Shown here: positions 53,465-64,000 of the stretch, piece by piece | Position numbering within the stretch: the first letter of the stretch is position 1 | Layout of the letters: the number at the start of each line of letters is the position of its first letter | Source of the DNA: Proteromonas lacertae | Lineage: Eukaryota | Reading direction: 5' to 3' | Length of the DNA stretch: 64,000 nucleotides | NCBI GenBank assembly: GCA_002245135.1 | Contig: NGBS01000012.1 | Span: 1 to 64,000, forward strand | The notes under the pieces: generated by a model | What the model was told of the DNA's origin: nothing | What the model saw: the letters and a program-made list of their open reading frames with translations, nothing else | Databases searched by the model: none | Program-made: the position numbers and the translations under genes

Positions 53465-55185
53465 ATGTCAACAACAGCTCAAAACCAGAAATATGTGAAG
53501 TATATGAACGAATGTAATGAAATAATAAGAATGATGGATATGAAAACTACAAAATTTTATAAAAATCATTTCATGACAAATATTGTATTTAGTAGCATTA
53601 GTGAAGTAAAGAAGGTGAAAATATTTAAATTAATTTTAGATAAAATTGAAAAATTGATTTATTTTGGATTAACAACATTTAACATCGAAATGCAAAACGT
53701 TTTTATTGACGATAAAGGTAACATATCTTTAAATGATATATTCTCATATATTACTAAAAGAAACAATATTATAACTTTTGATATAAACAAATTTGTACTT
53801 ACATTTGATATAAAAGAATTGAAAAGTAATCAAAGTATAACAATAGAGGAGTTGGTTATTCTTCTTAAGCAAAATGAAATTATAGATGTAAAAGAAGAAT
53901 TAGATAATATATCGATATTAAATAAATTATTTAAAGTAAATGCAAATGATTATTATTACACAAAATATCATTTTCTACAGAATAAAAAATCAATTATTAA
54001 ATATGAAAGAATGAATGATAATAATTATATGTATTTTGATTCTGGTATGTTTTATATATATATATATATATTACTATAGACTCTTTGGGTAATTATGGTT
54101 TGGAATTAATATGTGATGAGTTAGAAAAATATGATAATATTACAGGATTGATATTAGATAATAATGAAATTAATGATGAAGGAATGAAATATTTAAGTTT
54201 AGGTTTACAATATTTACCAAACTTACAAACACTTACATTAACGCAAAACAACATATCAGATAATGGTATGATAATATTTAGTAATAATTTATATCATGTT
54301 CCATTTTTAAAAGATTTGACAATCTCAGAGAATAAAATAAGTGATAAAGGAATAATTGCTTTTAGTAAGAATCTACGTCGTGTAAAGCACTTTAATATAA
54401 TATATATGAATGATAATAAAATAGGTAATATGGGATTTACTTCATTTTGTAATAATTTAAAATGTATTCCCAACTTGAATGATTTAGAGGTGAGTAAGAA
54501 TATAATAAGTGATGATGGAATTATGTCATTAGTTTATAATATTCATTCCATACCTAGATTAGAATCATTATATATTGATGATAATAGAATTGGTGATTGT
54601 AGTTTTATACCATTATTTAATTCATTTTACTCTACAATTACTTATTTGATTGATCTTAATCTGAATTGTATAAATATATTCTATTTCTATAATTGAATAG
54701 CAAATTATCTATCAGATAAAGGAATGATTTGTTTAAGTGATAATTTAAAGTATATTACTAATTTGCAGAGATTGTATATTTCTCATAATAAAATCACAGA
54801 TATTGGTGTTATAAATTTGTGTAAGAATATTTCATATATAAAAGAATTAAATACTTTGTCTTTATCAGAGAATAATTTATCAGATAAATCAGTAATAAAG
54901 CTTAGCATGAGTTTTAAATATATGTCAAAACTGTTTGTATTGGATTTAAGTAGCATTAATATGGGAGATGATGGTATAATTGAGATAAGTAAAAATCTAT
55001 ATCATTTACCACGATTGGATTGTTTAGATGTAAGTAATAACATGATTACTAATGTTGGAATGAATAGACTCGTAAAAGAGATACATACAGGTAGTAGATT
55101 GGATAGAATTGTGGTTTATGACAATGAAATAGAAAACATCAATTCATATAAAAGTGAACATATAATTGTTAATTATAACGAATAA
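53465..55185 (+). CDS. Leucine-rich repeat protein (RI-like 28-aa repeats)
   Basis: Repeated LxxLxLxxNxIxDxG with 28-aa period; introns about 54045-54079 and 54668-54700. Confidence 0.88.
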
Positions 55186-55303
55186 ATAAAATTTTTACTA
55201 TCTTTTTGTGATATAAAATAAATGATGCATTGAAATAAACACCCTTTTAAAAAACAAAAGGTTTGAGAAGCTTGATTTTAAATTTTGCATTTGAGAAAGA
55301 TTA

Positions 55304-55950
55304 ATGCTTCGTAGAGGTATAAAAAGTATAACAAAGTCTTTAACAGTAAATAAAAGATCTATATTTTCAATAATTCATTCATCCAGGGACTCCATTCAAA
55401 CTTTTCAAAGCCATAAGTTTCCTGAGACTGTTTTAGGTCTTCCTAGGTATATTATTAGTTATGTTAATTTTATATAGAAGTCAAGCTGCATTAGTACTAT
55501 TATCTTGTTATATTGGTTTAGATCTCAAATACTTCAGAAGTAATATATACATCAGGTTTATATGGGATAAATCATGCTGGTCATTTAGTTGGACCAACTA
55601 TACAAGAACAAACAGAACAAGTATAATAAATTCCAAATAATATGTTGTTTTATTCTTTTTAGATACTAAAAAATCTATCAGGAGTACTAGAAGACGCTGA
55701 TTCAGGTCTTGAATATGTAGTTAGGACAGAAATATTCTTATTAAACATGAAAGATTATGAAATTATGAATACAGTGTATAAAAAATACTTTTTAGAAAAT
55801 CTTCCAACTCAGAATGTATCACCATGCACAGGTTTCCCAATAGAAGGAGCTAAAATAACAATGAGTTGTGTTGCTCTTCCTTTGAGAACAATTAACGAAT
55901 TAAAGAAATTAAGAGAATTCTCATTCAAAGATTGGGATCCTAAAATATAA
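55304..55950 (+). CDS. Rid/YjgF/UK114-family protein, copy 1, putative organellar presequence
   Basis: GLPR|SQA, IYTSGLYG, TIQEQTEQ|ILKNLSGVLEDADSGLEYVV..FLLNMKDY..MNTVY. Includes a 16-nt micro-exon at 55478-55493; the 5' exon structure is less certain. Confidence 0.8.
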
Positions 55951-56031
55951 TTAAATGTAACTTAAAAGTTTATTATATTGTAACATTTTGTATGAAAGAG
56001 AAATTCAATTTTTAATTATTTTGAAACGATA

Positions 56032-56733
56032 ATGTTTTTAATATCTAGGTTTGGTAAGGTTTGATTGTATTTTCTTTATTTTCTTTTGATTGATGGCTTT
56101 TTTATTTAAGAGATCATTTTCATTGTTATCAAAATCAATAAATATTAGTAGAGCCTGTTGTAGAACTATTGTTACATCTTCAAAAGACACAATTAAGCCT
56201 ATTCATGCAGAAGAAGCACCAGAGCATCACTTAGGTCTTCCAAGGTATATAATTGTATTTTAATTTTACATAGAAGTCAAGCTGTTCTGGTATTTTTCGT
56301 ATTTTCATAGTTTATAGACGCCAGACGATACAGAAGTTATATACACATCAGGATTGTATGGTACAACAATTCATGGAGATTTAGTAGGACCAAGTGTTAA
56401 AGAACAGACAGAACAAGTATATTTGTTCTTAATTACTCTCATTAGTTACTTAAAAACCTAGCTGCTATCTTAAAAGATGCAGATTCAGGTCTTGAATATG
56501 TAATAAGAACAGAATTGTTCTTGTTAGATATGAAAGATTATGAAATTGTCAATACTATATATAAAAAGCATTTCAGTTTAGCTTTACCCACTCAAAATGT
56601 GTTACAATGTACAGGCTTCCCAATAGAAGGTGCTAAATTAACAATGAGTTGTGTTGCACTTCCCTTAAGAACAATTAACGAATTAAAAAGACTGAGAAAG
56701 ATATCTTGGAGATATTATGGAGGAAAAGTATAA
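56032..56733 (+). CDS. Rid/YjgF/UK114-family protein, copy 2 (tandem paralog)
   Basis: IHAEEAPEHHLGLPR|SQA, IYTSGLYG, VKEQTEQ|LLKNLAAIL. Same intron positions, with a 16-nt micro-exon at 56274-56289; start approximate. Confidence 0.8.
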
Positions 56734-56889
56734 ATTAACATGTTATTAACATTATTTCTTGTTTTAATTGGTGTTTTTTATTAACCAACAAAGAGAATTT
56801 CAAAAATATATATATTAATAATCTTTAAATTGTATATATATATAATAAAGAACTATCAATAAATACTAACGAGCTTTATAAAAGATAGT

Positions 56890-57372
56890 CTAAACTGATG
56901 TATGCTGTATTTTCTTAATAATATACTTCCTTTTCTTCTTCAAAGAACAATAATTACATTCTTTTTGTCTTTTCTTACCATTTTTACATATCTTATACCT
57001 ATCTAATGTTTTATAACATCCACATCTTGGACATTGACAAATATTATCAGTAAATTCTACGGGCTTTTGTATATATTGCCAATCTACAAGTCTATATGGA
57101 GGGTAATAAATAGAACAGTTTAAACATATGTATTGTGATAAATTGAGTGTGTATTTAAAACACAATGATAAAGGTATATAATTACAGCAAACAGCACAAT
57201 AAACGCTCTGTTCATTCACATTTTCATTTTTCTGTAAGAGTTTTTTTGGCTGTATTGGACTAAATGAAGGAGTAAGTGACTGGTATTGCAGTTCCTCATC
57301 AGATATAAATTTGGGGCAAAAGAACCCATCATTTAAATCATCTTCTACACCTGAACTATCTTTATTTATCAT
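56890..57372 (-). CDS. Small Cys-rich putative zinc-finger protein with basic C-terminus
   Basis: 160-aa ORF with four CxxC pairs (CAVC, CLNC, CPRC, CNYC) and a KKKRK tail. Confidence 0.6.
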   Translation of the reverse strand: MINKDSSGVEDDLNDGFFCPKFISDEELQYQSLTPSFSPIQPKKLLQKNENVNEQSVYCAVCCNYIPLSLCFKYTLNLSQYICLNCSIYYPPYRLVDWQYIQKPVEFTDNICQCPRCGCYKTLDRYKICKNGKKRQKECNYCSLKKKRKYIIKKIQHTSV

Positions 57373-57428
57373 GTTTCTATATCAGTTGTTTTTTGTGTGT
57401 GAAGAGTGAAACGCCTTTATTTTTTGAA

Positions 57429-60135
57429 ATGCAACAAAAAGAAGAAGATAAAAGAGAATATGTATGTGAAAAATGCAATAAGTATATTTTTATTTATGTT
57501 TTTTACCAGGCACTTTGTCAACCAAAAGAAATATAAAAATCATGTTGAGAGCAGAGTTTGTGATAAAGAGAAAGTATAATTCTACATTATATTAAAAATA
57601 GAAAAATGATATGAATGGTGAGAAAGATTCAGAAAACCAATTTGTTTGTAATACTTGCTCTAAGTATGTATAAAGAATGTTATGTTGATATATAGAGTTT
57701 TGAAAACATCATTAGATTATAAAATCCACATTGAACAGATGATTTGTGAAAGTAAATTAGTATTTCACTAATGAATTATTTTATTATAGGATTCAGGAAT
57801 AAAAGATGAGTCAAACAATATTATAGAACAGAAATATGTATGTGAAAAATGCAATAAGTATAAAATTATTCACCATATTGTCTTATCCTATAGAGAATTT
57901 ACAACATTGAATGGATATAACTATCACACCAAGCAAAAAGTCTGTGAAGCAAAGAAACCACCAGAACCAATTATTGAGCCAAATGAAAAGGGTGAATATG
58001 TATGTGAGAGATGTAAAAAAGCATTCAAATCACTTCCAGGATATAAATATCACGTAAGGCAAAATGTGTGTGAAAATAAACCAATTATTGATATAGAGAA
58101 TGATGGAGATAATGAAAAGAAAGAAGAAGAAAGTGAAGAAGAAGATAATGAAAATCAAAGCATATTTAAATGTGATAAATGTAAAAAAGGATTCAACAGC
58201 CAAATGAAGTTAAAAAAACATCAAAGTATTTGTTCAAACAAATCAAATGAGGTTGTTTATAATAAAAATGGAAAATTACAATGTGAAAAATGTCAAAAGA
58301 TCTTTACATCTTTACCTGGATATAAATATCATATGAATAATAATAAATGTATCAAATATGTCAAACCAAAATCAGATATTGTAGAAGAATGTGAATGTAA
58401 ATTTTGTAGAAAGAAATTTGCAACTATTAAATCATATAATTATCATATAAGATATAATAATAATGAAAATAATATAAGATGTAATGAGAGAAGTAGTAAT
58501 TTTACACTTTTATTTCCACTTCAACCAATCTTACTACTAACAGATAATAATCATTATAGTTTTAGTTATTGTGAAGCAATGCCATTTATATATAATAATA
58601 AAGAATATAAAATAAATAAATATGAATGTATGAATATTCCTGAATCTAATGATTATGTGTTTTATAATGGTTATTCTTCTTATTGTACAGATATTTTATA
58701 TACGAATAGTAATGTAGATTATTTAATCACCAGTCGTTGTTCAAATGATTGGTCTTTTAATACAATAAATGAAAAAACAGAAGAAGAAGAAGAAGAAGAT
58801 GATGATGATGATGCAGGAGATGAAACTGAAAAAGAAGAAGAAGGAGAAAATAACGAAGAAGAAAGAAATGGTGAATTATTTGTAGTAAAAAATCCGTTGA
58901 AAGAAGAAGAAAATATTTTATCAAATCGAACAATTGTTGATGTATGGATTATATCTAATGATAATAACATTCCAACACATTTAATCTCAATAGAAGTAGA
59001 ATGTAAATATATAATACAAATGAAATGGTTTCAAAGTAATGATTATACTGACAGAATTGGAATATTTTACTATTTAACGAATGATAATTGTTTAGGTGTT
59101 ATTACTGTACCACTAAAAAGTGATATTGATAATATAACTAAAGATTGTGAATTAGATAATAAAGTGATAAAAATAAAACCAAATGTAATCTTTCCATTAT
59201 TAAATTTAACTACCTGTTTTTGTGTTTGTCCATATGATCCAACTCTTATTGCTTGTGGACAATGTAATTCTGATGTTTCTATATATAAATATAACAATTT
59301 CAATATCGTATATATTATTATTATTATTATTATTATTATATTTTAGAGGTATTGTTTTTCATTACAACATTCATATGAAAAAATAGAAATTACTACCATC
59401 GATTGGAATCCAATAGAAGATATTATATCAATAGGTGATATAAGGAATGTAGTAATACTATGGTCATTAAAAACACCAGAATATCCAATATACTATTCAA
59501 AAGCAGGAATTAATCCAATTGTAGATATGAAATGGATTAATGAAAGTAAGTTAATATTTTCAACAGATGGTGGTGTATTATATGCATTGTCATTTGCTTC
59601 TGATATTGTTAGACCAAAATCACTGTATATTAATATATATTATTATATATATAGGATATCAATGAAAGGTGTTCAACTTTGTTGTATTGATTCTACATTA
59701 GATAGTAGTAGTATATATTGCTGTGGAGATGATGGTATAATCTATTATTGTGATGCTACTAATATACATAAGAATAAGAGTAGAGTAAAGAATAAAACTG
59801 AAAATACTGTTAATTCTTTTTATTCACAATTCTTTTTATCTGTTTTAGTAGATAATAATAGTGATGGACCGACTTGCCCTTTTCCTTCAGTTAGATTGAC
59901 TAATAAATCACCAATTATAAATAAATACTCTAGTGATGGTGCTCATCAACAAATTGATGTTAAATATGATAAGGATGTTAAATTAATTCTTAATTCTAAA
60001 TTACAGAAAGATAGTAAAGTTCAACCACAAATTCTGTTTGATTATAGAAGAAGTGTTATTAGATTACACTGTACGAAGAAGAATGTGATATATGAGACAA
60101 GAAATGGATTATTTGTTGTTGTTCCATATCATTAA
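57429..60135 (+). CDS. About 7 C2HC/C2H2-like zinc fingers followed by a degenerate WD40 region
   Basis: Repeated (Y/F)xCxxCxKxFxxxxxYxYH..xC. Five 5' introns at 57482-57893; acidic tract; WD-like segments IDWNPIEDIISIGD and MKWINES. Confidence 0.75.
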
Positions 60136-60292
60136 ATCTATAATACATATTTTAATTTATTTTATTGTTTTGTGTAGTTTTAATTAATGTAAACAATACA
60201 CTTGTTGTATGAATTTACATAAAAAAATGACTATTGAAGGACAAAATTTCAAATTTGAATTTAGTTCGAAGTTTCTCGATCATTAATTTGAC

Positions 60293-62246
60293 ATGTCTGG
60301 TATTTACACATCATATATATCATATTCATCTTTATTTTATTTTATTCTACTCACTTTACTAATAATAATTGAATAATATCATCTAATTTCATAGAAACAC
60401 CTAAAGAGCCGGAGGCTTCGCCAAAAGGTATATTATATTCCTTCGTGCTATATTATTTAATTGTTTTATTGTGTTTAAATTGCGAAATTTTAAAGAATAG
60501 ACTCTAATTTGTATAGAACAAGAAACTCCATTGGAATTGAAGGAGAAGGGTAATAAATATTATAAAGAAAAAAACTATTTGTATTATTAGTCCATTATTT
60601 TCTAGTGAAGCCATAAAATGGTATACAAAGGCAATTATAGCAGAGCCAACCAATGCCACATTTTTGAGCAATAGATCTGCAGCATATATGATGTTAAAAA
60701 AATATGAAGAATGCCTGAGTGACTGTTTAAAGGCAATAGAATTAGATCCAAAGATGTATAAAGTGTATTCTCGAGTATTTCAAGTGTATATGATAATGGG
60801 AGACTATAAAAATGCTGAAAATATAGTGACTGTATGATTTATGTTATATTTATTTTTAATTAGACTCATTTGCTTCATGATCCACGAAGTGATTTAGGAA
60901 CTAAAGATAGAGACACATTAACTCTCAATAAACGTAGAATTGATCGATGTAATGAGATGATGGAAAAGAAAGACAAATCATCAGCAGAGAAAGCTTTAGG
61001 TATATTAAATACACTCTTAGAAGTAAGTCCAGAATCATATGAGTTTCAAATGAAAAAAATCGATGTATAATTTAATTAATTATTAATTTTTCAAAATAGT
61101 GTTTATGCATAACAGGTGGTTATGATGAAGCAATGTCAATGCTCACAAATATAATGAGAGTAGGAAATCATCGTGATGATGATAGTAAAATATTAATCAA
61201 AAGAGCTTATTTATTCTATTTACAAGATAATTTCACTCAAGCCATCAAACATCTCCAACAATTACTACGTGGTGATCCAGATAATGGTGAATGTAAAGAA
61301 ATGTTGAAGAAAATAAAGAAATTGGATAGATTAAAAGGTGAAGGAAATGATGCATTTAAATCAGGAGATGTATAAATATTATATAATTTATTAATTATTA
61401 TTATTATATTTAATTATTAGTATCAAAAAGCCATTGATATTTATACAGAATGTATGACTGTTGATCCATTGAATTTAACCTATAATGCCAAATTATTGTG
61501 TAATAGAGCCAGTTCAAAAATCAAATTAAATCAAACTAAAGAAGCTTTGAAAGATTTTGCAAATGCAATAGAGTATATATATATATATAATTATTTATTA
61601 TATGTGATTAGAAATGATCCAAATTATGGTAAAGCCTATTACAGAAAAGCTGAATGTTTAATGGATATAGGAGGAGAAGAGAATATTCAAGAAGCAATCA
61701 ACTGTTATCAAAAAGCTGGTGAATTAATGAATGAATTATCAGAAGATGATATTCGAATGAAAATTAAAAAGGCAGAAAGAGCTTTAAAAGTAGCTCAACG
61801 TAAAGATTATTATAAGATATTGGATGTTCCAAGAAATGCAGATGATGATCAAATAAAGAAAGCTTATAGAAAATTAGCATTAAAATGGCATCCAGGTATA
61901 TATTATCATTATATATATTAAATAGATCGACATGCTAATGATTCTCCTGAAGAGATTAAAGAAGCAGAAACTCAATTCAAAAATGTTGGCGAAGCATACG
62001 GCGTATTAAGTGATGCAGATAAAAGGCGAAGATATGATGCTGGTCCAAGATATAAATGAATTAGATCATGATGATCCATTTGGTGGAGGTATGGGTGGAG
62101 GTATTGATCCAAATGTGATATTCCAGATGTTTATGGGTGGAGGTATGGGTGGAATGGGAGGAATGGGTGGTGGCAGAAGAGGTGGAAGTAGAGGAGGTAT
62201 GGGAGGTATGGGAGGTGGATTCCCATTTGACATTCATTTTGGTTAA
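60293..62246 (+). CDS. DNAJC7: DNAJC7/TPR2-like TPR + J-domain co-chaperone
   Basis: [40 protein letters not shown]...[24 protein letters not shown], Gly/Met tail. +1 frameshift near 62045. Confidence 0.92.
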
Positions 62247-62888
62247 TTTTTTTTTATTTTTTTAATAATACATTATTTTCTGTTATAATGTGTTTTGATG
62301 ATAAGCAATAACATTTTATGCAATTTTATTATGGGTATAACAGCAAGAACTTATAAAAAATCATGATTTTGAGAAATGTGCTTATATTAATAAAAAAACG
62401 TTGATGAAATGCTAATTATATGTAATATTAAAATAAAATAATCTAATATCATTCAGTAAAAGTGTTTGAATAATAAATTGGACTGACAGCCATTACTGAT
62501 GAGTTGTAAGCATAACTAGAGTGATAATTTTTAAAATATGATTAGAATATGCATTGTTAGATCAAGGAACTTAACTTCATTTAATAGATTTGTTTAGATT
62601 AAGTCATTCTGCTCTACATTTCAAGTGGCATTTATTTATCAAAAAATATAGAAACATAATATGGTATTTTTAATTGTATCAAACTAGTGTGATTTTATCT
62701 TGAATGTAGTTTAATGTAGTTAAAATACTTATATCAGCTTATTACATTAATCAAAACATTCAAAAAAGCTCGTATATGTTGAAATGAAATTTTTAATGAT
62801 GTGTTTTTTGTTTAGTGATGATGAATTTCTTCAATATGATTGGATGATTAAAAATCTTAACTCGTCATTCAAATATCATTTTGAATCA

Positions 62889-64000
62889 ATGATGAGATTT
62901 GTGGTGTTATGTGGTGTCTGTATGATTATTTTTATTATATTTCACTAGTGTTATGCGTGATACCTTCATTGTGTGTTGATTCTTTCGAATATGATGAAAG
63001 ACGTCCATTTTATACTGTGGGGAAGGCTATCACAGAGAATAAACCAAACCCTCCTAAAGAAGGATCATACACTGTTAAGCCTGATCTACCAGAAGGCTTA
63101 TCACTTGATCCAAGGAATGGATATATATCAGGAACTCCAAAAGTAGAAGTTTATAATCGATATATTGTTACTTTTAATGCAGGCAAAGGAGATGAAGCTG
63201 TCTGTACATTAGAAATTGTTTGTATTTATAACTTCTTTTTATTATCTGTCTAGGTTTGGCTGTTCCTTCTGTAAATTGTGGTGTATCAAAGCTTACAGCA
63301 GTATCCCTTATAAATACATTTATTACATGTACAGCCACTGGTGATCCTTCTGATAATGAATGGAAAATGACTCCAAAAGAAGTGAAAGGTATAACTCAAG
63401 ATGGTCCATATTTATGGTTCCATAATTTCAATCCTCAAACCAACATGAAAATTACTATTGAAGTTGAAAATGCAGCTGGAATTGGTAAATTCGAGATAGA
63501 AATTGTTAAAGTTGAAAATCCTGAATTAGGTTATGGTATTTACGTTTCATTCAATGACTTAGAAACAACAAAATGTGGTGATTATTATGATGGTATTGCA
63601 AATTATGACTTCTATGAAGGTGCAATGGATGATTTGTATGATTTAACTGATTTTCAACAATGGCAAGGTAAGATGGGTATTTATGTGTGGGGACAAATAA
63701 CAACATTTAATGGTACAATGGATGGATTTATTGATATAGCAAATAAAGGTGAATATACTTTCTATATGCAAACTGGTAATGAAATGAATGCTAGAGTATT
63801 TATTGATGATAAAGAAGTGTTATCTGATTGGGGCAAATGTAATCAATGGAATGAAACTCCATTAACAGCAAAAGTACAATTAGAAACTGGTTTACATAGA
63901 GTAGTAGTTGAATTTATGGGTGGTGAAGGATTAGATTTCCGATTTGTATTAGATTATTCAACTCCAGGTAGTGTAGAAAGAATGACAATTCCATTCAGAT
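62889..64000 (+). CDS. Secreted/surface protein with putative-Ig (He_PIG-like) and PA14-like domains; runs off the window end
   Basis: Signal peptide after splicing 62920-62948; PDLPEGLSLDPRNGYISGTP; second intron 63222-63253; GFIDIANKGEYTFY..ARVFIDDKEVL..GLHRVVVEF. Confidence 0.8.

Noticed and set aside
60300..60516. Two unusually long DNAJC7 introns (about 90 nt) as snoRNA hosts
   Set aside because: No C/D box pair or convincing H/ACA hairpins were visible.
3242..61926. Hydrophobic VYIIII-like C-terminal tails of many listed ORFs as membrane anchors
   Set aside because: They are read-through into AT-rich introns starting GTAT.
465..62060. Euplotes-style programmed +1 frameshifting at stop codons
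   Set aside because: In ATPase 1 (FSYWQ) and DNAJC7 (GQD) the conserved sequence requires the shift several codons before the stop, and there is no consistent AAA-stop motif.
9690..62490. Recurrent TGTCA/TGACA in intergenic regions as a transcription-factor site
   Set aside because: The count is not clearly above what a 5-mer gives by chance at this base composition; it cannot be supported without statistics.
1..64000. Alternative genetic code (stop reassignment)
   Set aside because: In-frame stops fall in introns or follow single-base shifts. Long exons are open in the standard code, and genes end in TAA, TAG or TGA.
1..64000. tRNA, rRNA or transposable-element sequences
   Set aside because: None recognised by eye: no transposase/RT motifs, terminal repeats or GC-rich structured RNA. 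A covariance-model scan was not possible.

Overview
AT-rich, very compact eukaryotic nuclear DNA with about 21 protein-coding genes. The genes are split by many tiny GT..AG introns, mostly 25-42 nt with a mode near 30 nt, so the supplied ORF track fragments most of them. Intron size, a TGTTT-type motif after stop codons and a putative-Ig surface protein suggest a Blastocystis/Proteromonas-like gut stramenopile (inference). Genes in order: VPS13 (3' part), two related TPR-like genes, WDR35/IFT121, Acinus-like, TruA-family PUS, carbamoyl-phosphate synthetase, a giant WD40/EF-hand protein, two tandem Na+/K+-ATPases, sialate O-acetylesterase, ZIP, ABCA, EF-hand-like, RDD, LRR, two Rid/YjgF paralogs, two Zn-finger genes, DNAJC7 and an Ig/PA14 surface protein. 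The most striking element is 4915-12069 (- strand), which is almost invisible in the ORF track. It holds a kinase-[OGFr-like domain + 9 TPR-like]x2 gene and a kinase-less [OGFr-like + 11 TPR-like] paralog. Their repeats sit on 111-nt phase-0 exons and the two genes share a 21-nt upstream element, making this a candidate exon-shuffled variable receptor system. Also notable: a glutaminase-dead CPS whose ATG is created by splicing, gene-conversion-like mosaicism in the ATPase pair, and catalytically dead Rid paralogs. About 11 single-base frameshifts are probably assembly errors. All gene models were spliced by hand and no database searches were run.
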